Source: a virus. Taken from it: a DNA stretch of 64,000 nt. The notes beneath the pieces are model-generated. The model was not told the DNA's origin, searched no databases, and was given only the letters and a program-made list of their open reading frames with translations. The stretch is from the IMG/VR virus record IMGVR_UViG_3300032038_000071, positions 2,836 to 66,835 of that record; one strand, written 5' to 3'. A program made the translations under genes and the position numbers. Positions 6,697 to 14,572 of the stretch are shown here, in pieces (the first letter of the stretch is position 1; each line of letters starts with the position of its first letter).

Positions 6697-6902
6697 TTAA
6701 TTCCAAATCATTTACTTTTTAACTGTTCCAATTCCTTAATTGGTTTTTATTCATCCTCAGATATACAGTCTCTTTTCTCCAATTCCTGATTTTTGACTTA
6801 TCCAATCCAACCGAGCCTCCACATATCAAACAAGTGTTCGAGTAGTCAAAAAACGATTTCAAAAATATTTTTTCAATCCTTTCCGAAGAATATCAGATTA
6901 TA

Positions 6903-6920
6903 AAAACTACATAGTTCATA
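6903..6920. repeat. 18-mer AAAACTACATAGTTCATA, copy 2 of 2
   Basis: Identical to 608-625 and also placed just after a terminator. Confidence 0.85.
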
Positions 6921-6939
6921 CAGTGGAATTTTTCGATGC

Positions 6940-6974
6940 AAAAAAAAAGAAGTACCTGCTGATACAGGTACTTC
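6940..6974 (-). terminator. strong intrinsic terminator
   Basis: GAAGTACCTG (6949-6958) pairs with CAGGTACTTC (6965-6974). On the minus strand it is followed by a run of 8-9 T. Confidence 0.8.
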
Positions 6975-6994
6975 TCAAAGCGAGTATTAAAATT

Positions 6995-7294
6995 TTAATC
7001 AGGTCTTAACATATTCCACATCTTATTATCTGTAGGAAGTGGAATATCATTCAGTTTAAACCAATAATCTCTTAAAAATAATACTATTTGTATTTGGGAG
7101 TATGCGCTGAATAACTCTACATTATGTGTTCTTTTTGGATTATCTTCATCCGGCACAGCTTTCTTTATAGTGTACTTTGTTATAGGACAATGTTTCTGCT
7201 CACTATAAAACTGGGATGTATTATAAGTTATTCTTTCGCCTTTTGAGTTTATTGCCATTTGCAGTTTATGTATCATAGTTGAATTGCTATTCAC
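6995..7294 (-). CDS. hypothetical protein (99 aa, GTG start)
   Basis: GGAGGAG SD lies 6 nt before the GTG. Confidence 0.65.
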   Translation of the reverse strand: MNSNSTMIHKLQMAINSKGERITYNTSQFYSEQKHCPITKYTIKKAVPDEDNPKRTHNVELFSAYSQIQIVLFLRDYWFKLNDIPLPTDNKMWNMLRPD

Positions 7295-7324
7295 AGCTAT
7301 CTCCTCCTACGTCTTGCGCCACCT

Positions 7325-7591
7325 CTACTTCTCGTTGCTCTGCGTATTCTGGTCACTCTCTGGTATGCTCTTGCCATTGTAATCACCTACATTCTGATTA
7401 ATGTTACTATTGTCAATATCTTCCACACCTTGTTCGATAACAGTTTCATCTACAGGTAATGTTATGTACCATAAAAACCCAGCTATAGTACCTATTTCTA
7501 ACCCTACCATCACACAAAACGCTATGAACCACCTCTTTGCACTTTGCTTTATCTCTCTTAATAACTCGGTTGCGAATCGCTCATTATCCAT
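7325..7591 (-). CDS. small membrane protein (88 aa, one TM helix)
   Basis: The hydrophobic segment WFIAFCVMVGLEIGTIAGFLWYI is present. AAAGGAG SD upstream, and the gene follows the promoter at 7611-7639. Confidence 0.65.
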   Translation of the reverse strand: MDNERFATELLREIKQSAKRWFIAFCVMVGLEIGTIAGFLWYITLPVDETVIEQGVEDIDNSNINQNVGDYNGKSIPESDQNTQSNEK

Positions 7592-7610
7592 AGAAATACT
7601 CCTTTCTTGA

Positions 7611-7639
7611 ATTATAACACGTTAATTAGGTATTGTAAA
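7611..7639 (-). promoter_or_regulatory. sigma-A-type promoter (TTTACA-N17-TATAAT)
   Basis: Minus strand reads TTTACA (7639-7634) and TATAAT (7616-7611). Confidence 0.6.
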
Positions 7640-7722
7640 TAACGCATCTTTTTCAGTCTCAGTATGTTTTATCTTTTCCCAACAGACTTTTCCATACCCA
7701 CGTATTTGATATTCCGGGTTCT

Positions 7723-7965
7723 TTAATTTTCTCCCACATCTGAGGCATTTTGTATAATTAGTTTTTCCTTTCTCACTTTCCATCTTTCGCTATTCTCCCA
7801 ATTATTTCTAAATTCATCATTTGCCATTGACTTTATCTTCTCTTCTGAAAAATACCATTCACCACAGTTTTTACATTCCATTTTCCGATATATCTCTGGC
7901 TTACTCTGATAATTTGGTCGAGTATCTAATACGGTAAGTCTGTGTTTACATCGTGGACAAATCAT
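7723..7965 (-). CDS. zinc-ribbon protein resembling the NrdR N-terminal finger
   Basis: CPRCKHRLTVLDTRPN...YRKMECKNCGEWYFSEE follows the CxxC...DTR...CxxC...F.T.E pattern of NrdR-type ribbons, but no ATP-cone is present. The start was moved to the SD-supported ATG. Confidence 0.45.
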   Translation of the reverse strand: MICPRCKHRLTVLDTRPNYQSKPEIYRKMECKNCGEWYFSEEKIKSMANDEFRNNWENSERWKVRKEKLIIQNASDVGEN

Positions 7966-7980
7966 CTTAATCACCTTCTT

Positions 7981-8898
7981 TCACAATATGTTAGAAACTA
8001 CATACTCCACTGCTATGGATTCTTCTATCTCTCCAGTTTTGATCCTACGTTCCGTTGACTGTATCAGCTTCATAATGTATATCAGATTGTTTATGCTATA
8101 TACTCCACAGCACTCTTTAGCGTTCTTAATCTGCCAATACTGTAATCCGGTTGTCTTTTCTATGTCTTTACTTTCACAAGTCTGCACCTGTAATACTTGT
8201 TTAGCATTATTGAATAACACGGATAGAATAGCAAGATTAGATTCTCCTACTGCTTTACATTCCTCTAACAAGCTGTATGCAAGTCTGGCATGATTCTGCA
8301 ACACTGCTTTTACAAAATCAAATATTGCATCTTTAGGTGGCTGATGTATTGTACCGTCTGCTAATAGCTGTTCAAACGCTTTATTTGAATTACCTGTGTA
8401 TCTCTTAATCTTATCTATTTCCAGTAAGCATCTGCTGTAACTTCCCTCGCACGCTTCTATCAGTCTATCACAGTTCTTGTCGGATAAGTCTATTTCTTTC
8501 TGTATGTATCGCTTCACCATTTCGCTTTTAAGCGCATTAAACTCAACAAATGACTGTTTATACGTCTTATAGAATTTAAGTCGCTTATCAACGCTTGTAA
8601 GCGTTAAAATGAGTATATCTGTTTTCAGTCTGTCTATTAATTCAGTCTGTAGTTTCTCATTACTGATAAGTTCCTTATCGTCTAATACCACATACAGATA
8701 ATTTACTTTCAGAAATGATATACTACCTAATTCTGTCAGAATATCCATAACGCTGTCTATATATCGCACTGTCAGATTTTTTACCTTTGCTATCTGCTTT
8801 ATATAGATTTTCTGTATGGCATATTCTTCTCCTGTAAATACAAGAAAATTAGGAATATTATTATCTTTTATCAGACATTTCAATTCCTGTATTTCCAT
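7981..8898 (-). CDS. clamp-loader delta-like subunit (HolA-like)
   Basis: 305 aa. It is translationally coupled to the two AAA+ clamp-loader genes through a TAATG overlap. The N-terminal IPNFLVFTGEEYAIQ resembles the delta-subunit N-terminus, and there is no Walker A. Confidence 0.5.
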   Translation of the reverse strand: MEIQELKCLIKDNNIPNFLVFTGEEYAIQKIYIKQIAKVKNLTVRYIDSVMDILTELGSISFLKVNYLYVVLDDKELISNEKLQTELIDRLKTDILILTLTSVDKRLKFYKTYKQSFVEFNALKSEMVKRYIQKEIDLSDKNCDRLIEACEGSYSRCLLEIDKIKRYTGNSNKAFEQLLADGTIHQPPKDAIFDFVKAVLQNHARLAYSLLEECKAVGESNLAILSVLFNNAKQVLQVQTCESKDIEKTTGLQYWQIKNAKECCGVYSINNLIYIMKLIQSTERRIKTGEIEESIAVEYVVSNIL

Positions 8899-9719
8899 TA
8901 CGACCACACCTTTCTGATTTTGATTATAAACGTATCAAGCAAAGCACTTTTATTTATTCCTGTCACAGCCTGTAATACTGATAATGTGTCAGATGCTATT
9001 TTGATACCGTCTATCCAATAATCTCTATCATCTTTATCGGACAAACATTTCATCAGCTCTTTTGTGCATACACGCTCAAACGCTATAAGGAATAATCTTA
9101 AATCATATCCTTTTGCTTCTGGTTTGAGTGCTATCTTCTCTGTCAGTTTGAACACGTTAGATGTACCAACATAAGCTATATTATCAACCACTTTTTCAAC
9201 ATAGCTGTAAAACTCATCTACTCCCATGCTATACAGTAAATCTATATCTCCCGGTGTGGCACATATATCTGTCACAATATCTGCATCTACTGTTGGCTTA
9301 CCATACTCTAATAATTCAGCTTTACTGTACGGTTGCATATAGAATGTGGTTGCCCTGCTTAATATAGTTGGCAATACAGTTGATATATCATTTACAGTCA
9401 TTATAAAGTAAGCATTTTTTGGTGGTTCTTCTACTATCTTCAATAGTGCGTTTTTTGCCTGTACTGACATATCATCTACATCAGCAAATACATAACACGT
9501 TGGTGAACCTGCTTTATACGCATCTATAATAACATTTCTCACTGTCTCAACTTTATTGTCCGGCTCAAAACAGGCAAACACATTCAGCTTTTGAAATATC
9601 TCACTACATAATGTTTTCTTTCCACTTCCTCGCTGACCTACTATTATAGCAAACTGTGGAAATATCTGCTGTTTTATCAGACTATCTATTCTGCTGATTA
9701 ACGCTTTCTGTCCTATCAT
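8898..9719 (-). CDS. clamp-loader delta'-like AAA+ subunit
   Basis: Walker A is IIVGQRGSGKKTLC and the sensor motif is ILSRATTF. An ATGA overlap couples it to the dnaX-like gene. Confidence 0.65.
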   Translation of the reverse strand: MIGQKALISRIDSLIKQQIFPQFAIIVGQRGSGKKTLCSEIFQKLNVFACFEPDNKVETVRNVIIDAYKAGSPTCYVFADVDDMSVQAKNALLKIVEEPPKNAYFIMTVNDISTVLPTILSRATTFYMQPYSKAELLEYGKPTVDADIVTDICATPGDIDLLYSMGVDEFYSYVEKVVDNIAYVGTSNVFKLTEKIALKPEAKGYDLRLFLIAFERVCTKELMKCLSDKDDRDYWIDGIKIASDTLSVLQAVTGINKSALLDTFIIKIRKVWS

Positions 9720-10747
9720 TTCATACCCTCCAGTAACATAGCTTCTATAAGATACTTTGGATTGCTGTCATACTTAACCGCTGAATTGATTTTTATAACT
9801 ATATCTAACAAGTCACATATACTATCCCAACTATCAACACCGTCTAAATCATCAATAAATTCTTTGATTGTATCTATTTCCGGTATCTGTAGATACTTGA
9901 AGTCACCTATGATAAACCACTTCTTTATATCAAGTACAAAATTAAGATACTGACGGATAAACTGCTTCATATCAACACCTGTACTGTGTATAGTTTCTAT
10001 GGATTTTATCAGCTTATCTGGTTCATTAAAGATATAAGCACTTGTTACCTCTATCATATTATCATAGTTTGCTACACCTAATGCTTTCACAACATTTTCC
10101 ATTGTCAATTCTGTATTGTATGATAAACATTTGTCCATCATAGTGATTGCATCTCTCATACCACCCTCTGCAAGTTTTGCTATATATTCAAGTGATGATA
10201 ACGGAATAAAAGCATCTGTATGTCCTAACTCTGCCTCTGTGATATATGTAAGTCTATCAACAATACCTTCCTGACTTATCTTATTGAAATCGTAGCGTTG
10301 AACTCTCGACAGTATTGTTTTTGGTATCTTCTGTGGGTCTGTAGTGCAAAATATAAAGATGGACTTTGCTGGTGGTTCTTCTATCAGTTTCAGAAATGCC
10401 TGCCACCCTGTATTACTGATTGCATGGCACTCATCTACAATGAATACCTTATATTCACTATCCAAACTCTTTGTCTTTGCTTGCTGTATGATATTCCTTA
10501 CATCATCAACACTTGAATTACTAGCGGCATCTAATTCTATTGGATTACCTACATGATTATTTATCTCATTTGCGAATATTCTAGCACAAGTTGTTTTACC
10601 TGTGCCTGCCCCTCCGCAAAATAGATAAGCGTGTTTCACTTCTCCACTTTCTAACTGCTGTTGTAAAATTACCTTTGTGCTGTTCTGCTCTACCACATCG
10701 TTAAATGTGGTAGGGCGATATTTTACAGCTAATGTCTGTTTTGCCAT
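9716..10747 (-). CDS. dnaX: DNA polymerase III gamma/tau-like clamp-loader ATPase
   Basis: Motifs seen are LFCGGAGTGKTTCARIFA (Walker A), VFIVDECH (Walker B) and SRVQRYDF (SRC-like sensor). Confidence 0.85.
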   Translation of the reverse strand: MAKQTLAVKYRPTTFNDVVEQNSTKVILQQQLESGEVKHAYLFCGGAGTGKTTCARIFANEINNHVGNPIELDAASNSSVDDVRNIIQQAKTKSLDSEYKVFIVDECHAISNTGWQAFLKLIEEPPAKSIFIFCTTDPQKIPKTILSRVQRYDFNKISQEGIVDRLTYITEAELGHTDAFIPLSSLEYIAKLAEGGMRDAITMMDKCLSYNTELTMENVVKALGVANYDNMIEVTSAYIFNEPDKLIKSIETIHSTGVDMKQFIRQYLNFVLDIKKWFIIGDFKYLQIPEIDTIKEFIDDLDGVDSWDSICDLLDIVIKINSAVKYDSNPKYLIEAMLLEGMK

Positions 10748-10761
10748 ATTGATTTTCCTTT

Positions 10762-11088
10762 CTATACTGAGAATAATCCGAGACTTCTTAACATTCCAGT
10801 ATCTATCTTATTCATAAGATGTTCTGACACGATTGCCAGCTTTTCAACTAGATACTTTCTCTGTGTATATGTGATAAGGTCTGTTCTGACACAATAAGTA
10901 GTTCCATTAAACTCAAATCTTACTACATCATCTGCTATATTTCCTCTATCTGTTGTGAAGAAAAGGATTGATATAATATTGTCTTTGCTTCTTCTTCCAG
11001 ATGATACTACAACACAATACTTATCTTCGCCACCATTATTAAATCTATATACTCCGCCTCTCTCTGCTACTAAAAGATTGTCTCCCAT
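10762..11088 (-). CDS. MazF/PemK-fold toxin-like protein
   Basis: 108 aa. ERGGVYRFN...KYCVVVSSGRR...ISILFFTTD...VRTDLITYTQRKYLVEKLAIVSEHLMNKIDTGMLRSLGL follows the MazF/EndoA beta-barrel pattern (RGDVY..., RPvvVvs, ...T.., i.tvdk.rl...iG.l....m..i...l...L). Confidence 0.55.
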   Translation of the reverse strand: MGDNLLVAERGGVYRFNNGGEDKYCVVVSSGRRSKDNIISILFFTTDRGNIADDVVRFEFNGTTYCVRTDLITYTQRKYLVEKLAIVSEHLMNKIDTGMLRSLGLFSV

Positions 11089-11092
11089 TGAT

Positions 11093-11320
11093 TTAATCCT
11101 CCTTAATTAATTCATATTCTGCAAATGTTACTATTTTGCCATATCTATTCTTGCTGACAATATCATGTGTCTTGATATTATATCCGGCTTTTCTCAAATC
11201 AAATATTATAGCCGAAAGTCTGGTTGCACCAAACATATCTATTGCGGTCATACTTGTTATTTTATGCCCTGCCTGCATATAGGCTAAAATTTCACTCATC
11301 TGTGTTGGTCTGTTCATCAT
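11093..11320 (-). CDS. small winged-HTH DNA-binding protein
   Basis: 75 aa. ILAYMQAGHKITSMTAIDMFGATRLSAIIFDLRKAGYNI is a wHTH pattern. A strong GGAGG SD lies upstream, and the gene sits immediately upstream of the MazF-like gene. Confidence 0.55.
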   Translation of the reverse strand: MMNRPTQMSEILAYMQAGHKITSMTAIDMFGATRLSAIIFDLRKAGYNIKTHDIVSKNRYGKIVTFAEYELIKED

Positions 11321-11549
11321 CTATGCCCTCCTTATCCCATACAACTGTATTTATAAAATTATCTTTATCTGTTACATCCAAATTATCATTAGCTATTACA
11401 GAAATATAGCCATTGTGCTTAAACATACACATATCTATGTAATCAATATCTGAAAAACTCTCTACTATCAGACTTCTTATCTCCTTTAATTTTTTAGTGA
11501 TTTCCTTTTCAACATCTGTAAAACCTTCGTAATTATACTTACGTGCCAT
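11292..11549 (-). CDS. hypothetical protein (85 aa)
   Basis: It is the first gene after the promoter at 11598-11626. AGGAGG SD upstream. Confidence 0.65.
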   Translation of the reverse strand: MARKYNYEGFTDVEKEITKKLKEIRSLIVESFSDIDYIDMCMFKHNGYISVIANDNLDVTDKDNFINTVVWDKEGIDDEQTNTDE

Positions 11550-11597
11550 AATTCATTCCTCCTGTTATTTTTTATTTTGTAGCTTGTCTACTCTTAT

Positions 11598-11626
11598 ATT
11601 GTACTACACATTTATATAGATGTCAA
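11598..11626 (-). promoter_or_regulatory. sigma-A-type promoter (TTGACA-N17-TACAAT) with the AATGTGTAGTACAAT box
   Basis: Minus strand reads TTGACATCTATATAAATGTGTAGTACAAT. Confidence 0.65.
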
Positions 11627-11638
11627 CAAAATCTTGTG

Positions 11639-11980
11639 TTAAAATGTTTCCTCATTTCTCATTAAATTTATTAGTAATCTAAAGGTGTATTCATCTATAA
11701 CATAATAATTCTGTGTATCAGGTCCGAAATTAAATGCAAGCGCATTATAATCTTTTCCCATATCAAATGCTTCTTCTTTATTCTTTATCAACCAATCTTC
11801 TTTGATTGTAAATGACCGCTTTTCTCTGGTACAAGTCTTTGCTTCTATCAACCACTTATCAGTAGTCACATCACCTTTGGCAAATCTTGTTGCTCCACTG
11901 TTGGAAACTTGTTTGCCACCAACAGCTTTGGCTATCTGCTTCTCTTGCTTATTACTGTAAAATCTTGTTGGTCTGTTCAT
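11639..11980 (-). CDS. PD-(D/E)XK nuclease, Holliday-junction-resolvase-like
   Basis: 113 aa. EKQIAKAVGGKQVSNSGA...AKGDVTTDKWLIEAKTC fits the Hjc-like G...SG...D-x(n)-E-x-K arrangement. Confidence 0.5.
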   Translation of the reverse strand: MNRPTRFYSNKQEKQIAKAVGGKQVSNSGATRFAKGDVTTDKWLIEAKTCTREKRSFTIKEDWLIKNKEEAFDMGKDYNALAFNFGPDTQNYYVIDEYTFRLLINLMRNEETF

Positions 11981-11988
11981 ACTAACCT

Positions 11989-12534
11989 CTATTTAAACTT
12001 CTGGGATAAATCTCTCACTCTGCCTGCTATACCTGCAACACTTGACTTATTCTCACGCATAACATTCTCTAACTCTTTGGTATTATCTTTAATCCCTATA
12101 GTGTTAGCGTGCAACTGTCCTAATAAATTCTCAAATCTTCCCAGCTTTATATTAGTCGCTCTTACTTGCTCTAACAACTGCTTCATCGTTTCAGCGTTAT
12201 CCTTTTCAATCTGATACAGATTGTTTATTCCAAGAATAAGTGCATCAAGATTAATTATCGGTACTGGTGCTTTCTGCTCATCTGCAACTGCTGGTGTTTC
12301 CGGTGATTTTATAATTTCACTACAATTCAAATCCAGAAAATCACATAACTTCTTCAAGTCTGCTAAACTGCATCTTGAATCCCTTAATGATTCTGATATG
12401 TATGTACTTCCTCTTCCAAGCACCACAGTGCTTAACTTTGTCATTGTAATACCACTCTTTTTGATTGCTTCTAACAGCTTATCACTGTCAATTAATACGG
12501 TGTCCTTCTTTAATCCACCTTTTCTTTCGCTCAT
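11989..12534 (-). CDS. XRE-type HTH regulator with a coiled-coil C-terminus
   Basis: ITMTKLSTVVLGRGSTYISESL is the HTH. The C-terminal half is heptad-like. Confidence 0.55.
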   Translation of the reverse strand: MSERKGGLKKDTVLIDSDKLLEAIKKSGITMTKLSTVVLGRGSTYISESLRDSRCSLADLKKLCDFLDLNCSEIIKSPETPAVADEQKAPVPIINLDALILGINNLYQIEKDNAETMKQLLEQVRATNIKLGRFENLLGQLHANTIGIKDNTKELENVMRENKSSVAGIAGRVRDLSQKFK

Positions 12535-12547
12535 AGATTTGTCTCCT

Positions 12548-12703
12548 TTACTTTACTTCTTCGATTGATATTATTCTGTAATCACAGTCAACTCCAAGTC
12601 CATAAATACGTTTACATTCTTCTACTGATGATACATTACACTCCTGCTTTCTCCACTCCCAATTACTTAAAGCATCTGCATATTCAAACTTAATGTGTAG
12701 CAT
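12548..12703 (-). CDS. hypothetical protein (51 aa, below the ORF-track cutoff)
   Basis: GGAGG lies 8 nt before the ATG at 12703. It fills the gap 12535-12706. Confidence 0.45.
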   Translation of the reverse strand: MLHIKFEYADALSNWEWRKQECNVSSVEECKRIYGLGVDCDYRIISIEEVK

Positions 12704-12706
12704 ATA

Positions 12707-13255
12707 TTACACCTCCTTCCTTTCTGTGATTGCAGACCGAATAATCCAGCCTTCCCACTTTACATCTATAAGTTTTTCCCTTATCTCGTCTACATCTGTT
12801 ATGTCACAAAACATTCCTACTTTCTTCATGCACTCTGGACCGATACCATAATGTCTACTGACCGGATGTGTGAGTTCTTTTCCACAGCGCATACAAGTTA
12901 TTGTTTCAAGTGCTTGTCCGTGTAAGTTCATATAGACCATGCCTGCTGTTTCTTTTTCGATTGTTCCGGTCATTGTTCTTAATGGCATCGGGTTGTCGTT
13001 ATTCCACTTTGCCATAAAATCAAACTCTGGAGTTGCCGGTTTAGTCATATACTGTTTGACTGTTATCTGATATTCAGTCTGACTATCTGTATTTTGCACT
13101 GTAGTGCGATTTGAGACACTTTTATTAGCTGATTTGAGAATTATATGTATATTATCTGAAAGTGTCTTAAAAACGCTCTCAGCGTCTTGTACGCTATCAT
13201 ACTCTACATCATTTATTATAATCTTACCTTTCCAATTAATAAGCATATTTACCAT
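12707..13255 (-). CDS. hypothetical protein with a C-terminal Cys motif (CxxCG...GIGPEC)
   Basis: 182 aa. CMRCGKELTHPVSRHYGIGPECMKK is a small zinc-binding motif common in phage proteins. Confidence 0.6.
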   Translation of the reverse strand: MVNMLINWKGKIIINDVEYDSVQDAESVFKTLSDNIHIILKSANKSVSNRTTVQNTDSQTEYQITVKQYMTKPATPEFDFMAKWNNDNPMPLRTMTGTIEKETAGMVYMNLHGQALETITCMRCGKELTHPVSRHYGIGPECMKKVGMFCDITDVDEIREKLIDVKWEGWIIRSAITERKEV

Positions 13256-13493
13256 AAGCTATCTCCTCTAACATTTCAACTATCTGCTTTGTTGTAGCGG
13301 TGTCCTGCATTGACGTTCTTATTATCTTCTGAAGCTTTCCTCTCATAGCTTTATAACCCATTTCGTATGCTTTTTCCAAATCAGCATCTTCCTCTAAAGC
13401 ATACGCTTCACAATCTGGACAATCATCACGCTCTAATATATCATTCTCTGTAAATATGTGTCCACACTTATTACATCTATATACACCCATCAT
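13236..13493 (-). CDS. zinc-ribbon protein (85 aa)
   Basis: The start was moved to MMGVYRC after AAGGAGG. It contains CNKCGH...CPDCEA. Confidence 0.6.
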   Translation of the reverse strand: MMGVYRCNKCGHIFTENDILERDDCPDCEAYALEEDADLEKAYEMGYKAMRGKLQKIIRTSMQDTATTKQIVEMLEEIAYGKYAY

Positions 13494-13494
13494 A

Positions 13495-13833
13495 TTATTT
13501 GTCCTCCTTGATTTTCTCAACCTGTTCATCAGTAAAGAACGCTGATGTTTTCATATACATATGTCCTGTGCCTATTGAATTTTCTTCATCTTCATCTGAT
13601 TTCTTCTTGGCTGAATAAGTCCAGATAGGGAATTTAGCTACTGCTTTCTCTCCCTTTTTAACTTGATAGCCTCTTGACTTCCACCCTTTGTAAGTGTGGA
13701 TAGGCTGAATCTCATCTATCTCGATAAGTTCTCCGGACATATCTACTACTGTCATTTTCTTTCCGGTAAACTTTAAGATACCTTCTTTTTGAAGTTCTAC
13801 TTGCTGTGTTAAAATAATCATCTGATTTGTCAT
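13495..13833 (-). CDS. ArdC N-terminal-like ssDNA-binding protein (possible anti-restriction)
   Basis: The start was moved to MTNQM after AAGGAGG, because the track start lies inside the promoter. IHTYKGWKSRGYQVKKGEKAVAKF resembles the ArdC/DUF1738 motif T..qWk..G..VkKGEk. Confidence 0.45.
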   Translation of the reverse strand: MTNQMIILTQQVELQKEGILKFTGKKMTVVDMSGELIEIDEIQPIHTYKGWKSRGYQVKKGEKAVAKFPIWTYSAKKKSDEDEENSIGTGHMYMKTSAFFTDEQVEKIKEDK

Positions 13834-13861
13834 ATTGATTTCCTCCTTGATTTGTTCTAAT

Positions 13862-13918
13862 CTTGTAGTACACATTTGCTACTGTGTATAATATATCACA
13901 GGCAAACGTGTATGTCAA
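13862..13918 (-). promoter_or_regulatory. conserved promoter-operator-leader module, copy 1 (TTGACA-N17-TATATT, CTGTG/CACAG inverted repeat, ACAGTAGCAAATGTGTACTACAAG box)
   Basis: Minus strand reads TTGACATACACGTTTGCCTGTGATATATTATACACAGTAGCAAATGTGTACTACAAG. It aligns with the copies at 14392-14448 and 20589-20647. Confidence 0.6.
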
Positions 13919-13935
13919 CAAGATTTTGTAAAAGT

Positions 13936-14367
13936 TTAGAATAAATTTAATTCCTCTAAAGTTTTGTAGTGTTTTGCATCATAGAATATAATTGTCTTTG
14001 GATAAGCACAACCTCTGCATACTCCTAAATGCTCATATGTATATCCGTGCGTTATTGTATAATGAACATTCTTAAATCCTCTGATACCCCAACATCTGTC
14101 GATATATGCAAATATGGTTCTTTCAAAATTCTGTGCTGTTTCATAGTCTGTATAGTGTTCGCAAGTATCTTTAAGAGATTCGGCAAGTTTCTTTAATTCC
14201 TTTATGTACTTCTCCTTTGGCTTGATTGCAAATCTGTTCTTATTAACAGTCTTTACAAATTCAGCTTTACTTAAATTAGTTGCCATATACATCGGCTCAA
14301 TTATGTCGTTGTAGTCTGCCCAACTTACTTCATATCCAGCAAGTGCTTCAAATTCATGTTTCATCAT
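13936..14367 (-). CDS. hypothetical protein (143 aa)
   Basis: The start was moved to MMKHEF after AAGGAGG. It forms a single-gene unit between two copies of the promoter module. Confidence 0.65.
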   Translation of the reverse strand: MMKHEFEALAGYEVSWADYNDIIEPMYMATNLSKAEFVKTVNKNRFAIKPKEKYIKELKKLAESLKDTCEHYTDYETAQNFERTIFAYIDRCWGIRGFKNVHYTITHGYTYEHLGVCRGCAYPKTIIFYDAKHYKTLEELNLF

Positions 14368-14391
14368 AGTGATTGTCCTCCTTGATTTAAT

Positions 14392-14448
14392 CTTGTAGTA
14401 CACATTAGCTACTGTCTATACAATACTACAGGTATTTTCATATGTCAA
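14392..14448 (-). promoter_or_regulatory. conserved promoter-operator-leader module, copy 2 (TTGACA-N17-TATTGT)
   Basis: Minus strand reads TTGACATATGAAAATACCTGTAGTATTGTATAGACAGTAGCTAATGTGTACTACAAG. Confidence 0.6.
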
Positions 14449-14483
14449 GAAAAAATTTATAAATTTTTTTTACTATATAAAAG

Positions 14484-14514
14484 AAAAGCACTTGCAGGGG
14501 GTACAAGTGCTTTT
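14484..14514 (-). terminator. intrinsic terminator after recA
   Basis: AAAAGCACTTG (14484-14494) pairs with CAAGTGCTTTT (14504-14514). The minus strand continues with CTTTTATATAG. Confidence 0.7.
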
Positions 14515-14572
14515 CCGATTAGGGGATAGTTAAAACATGAAATTGAGCTATTTACGATTTTCACTTTATATA

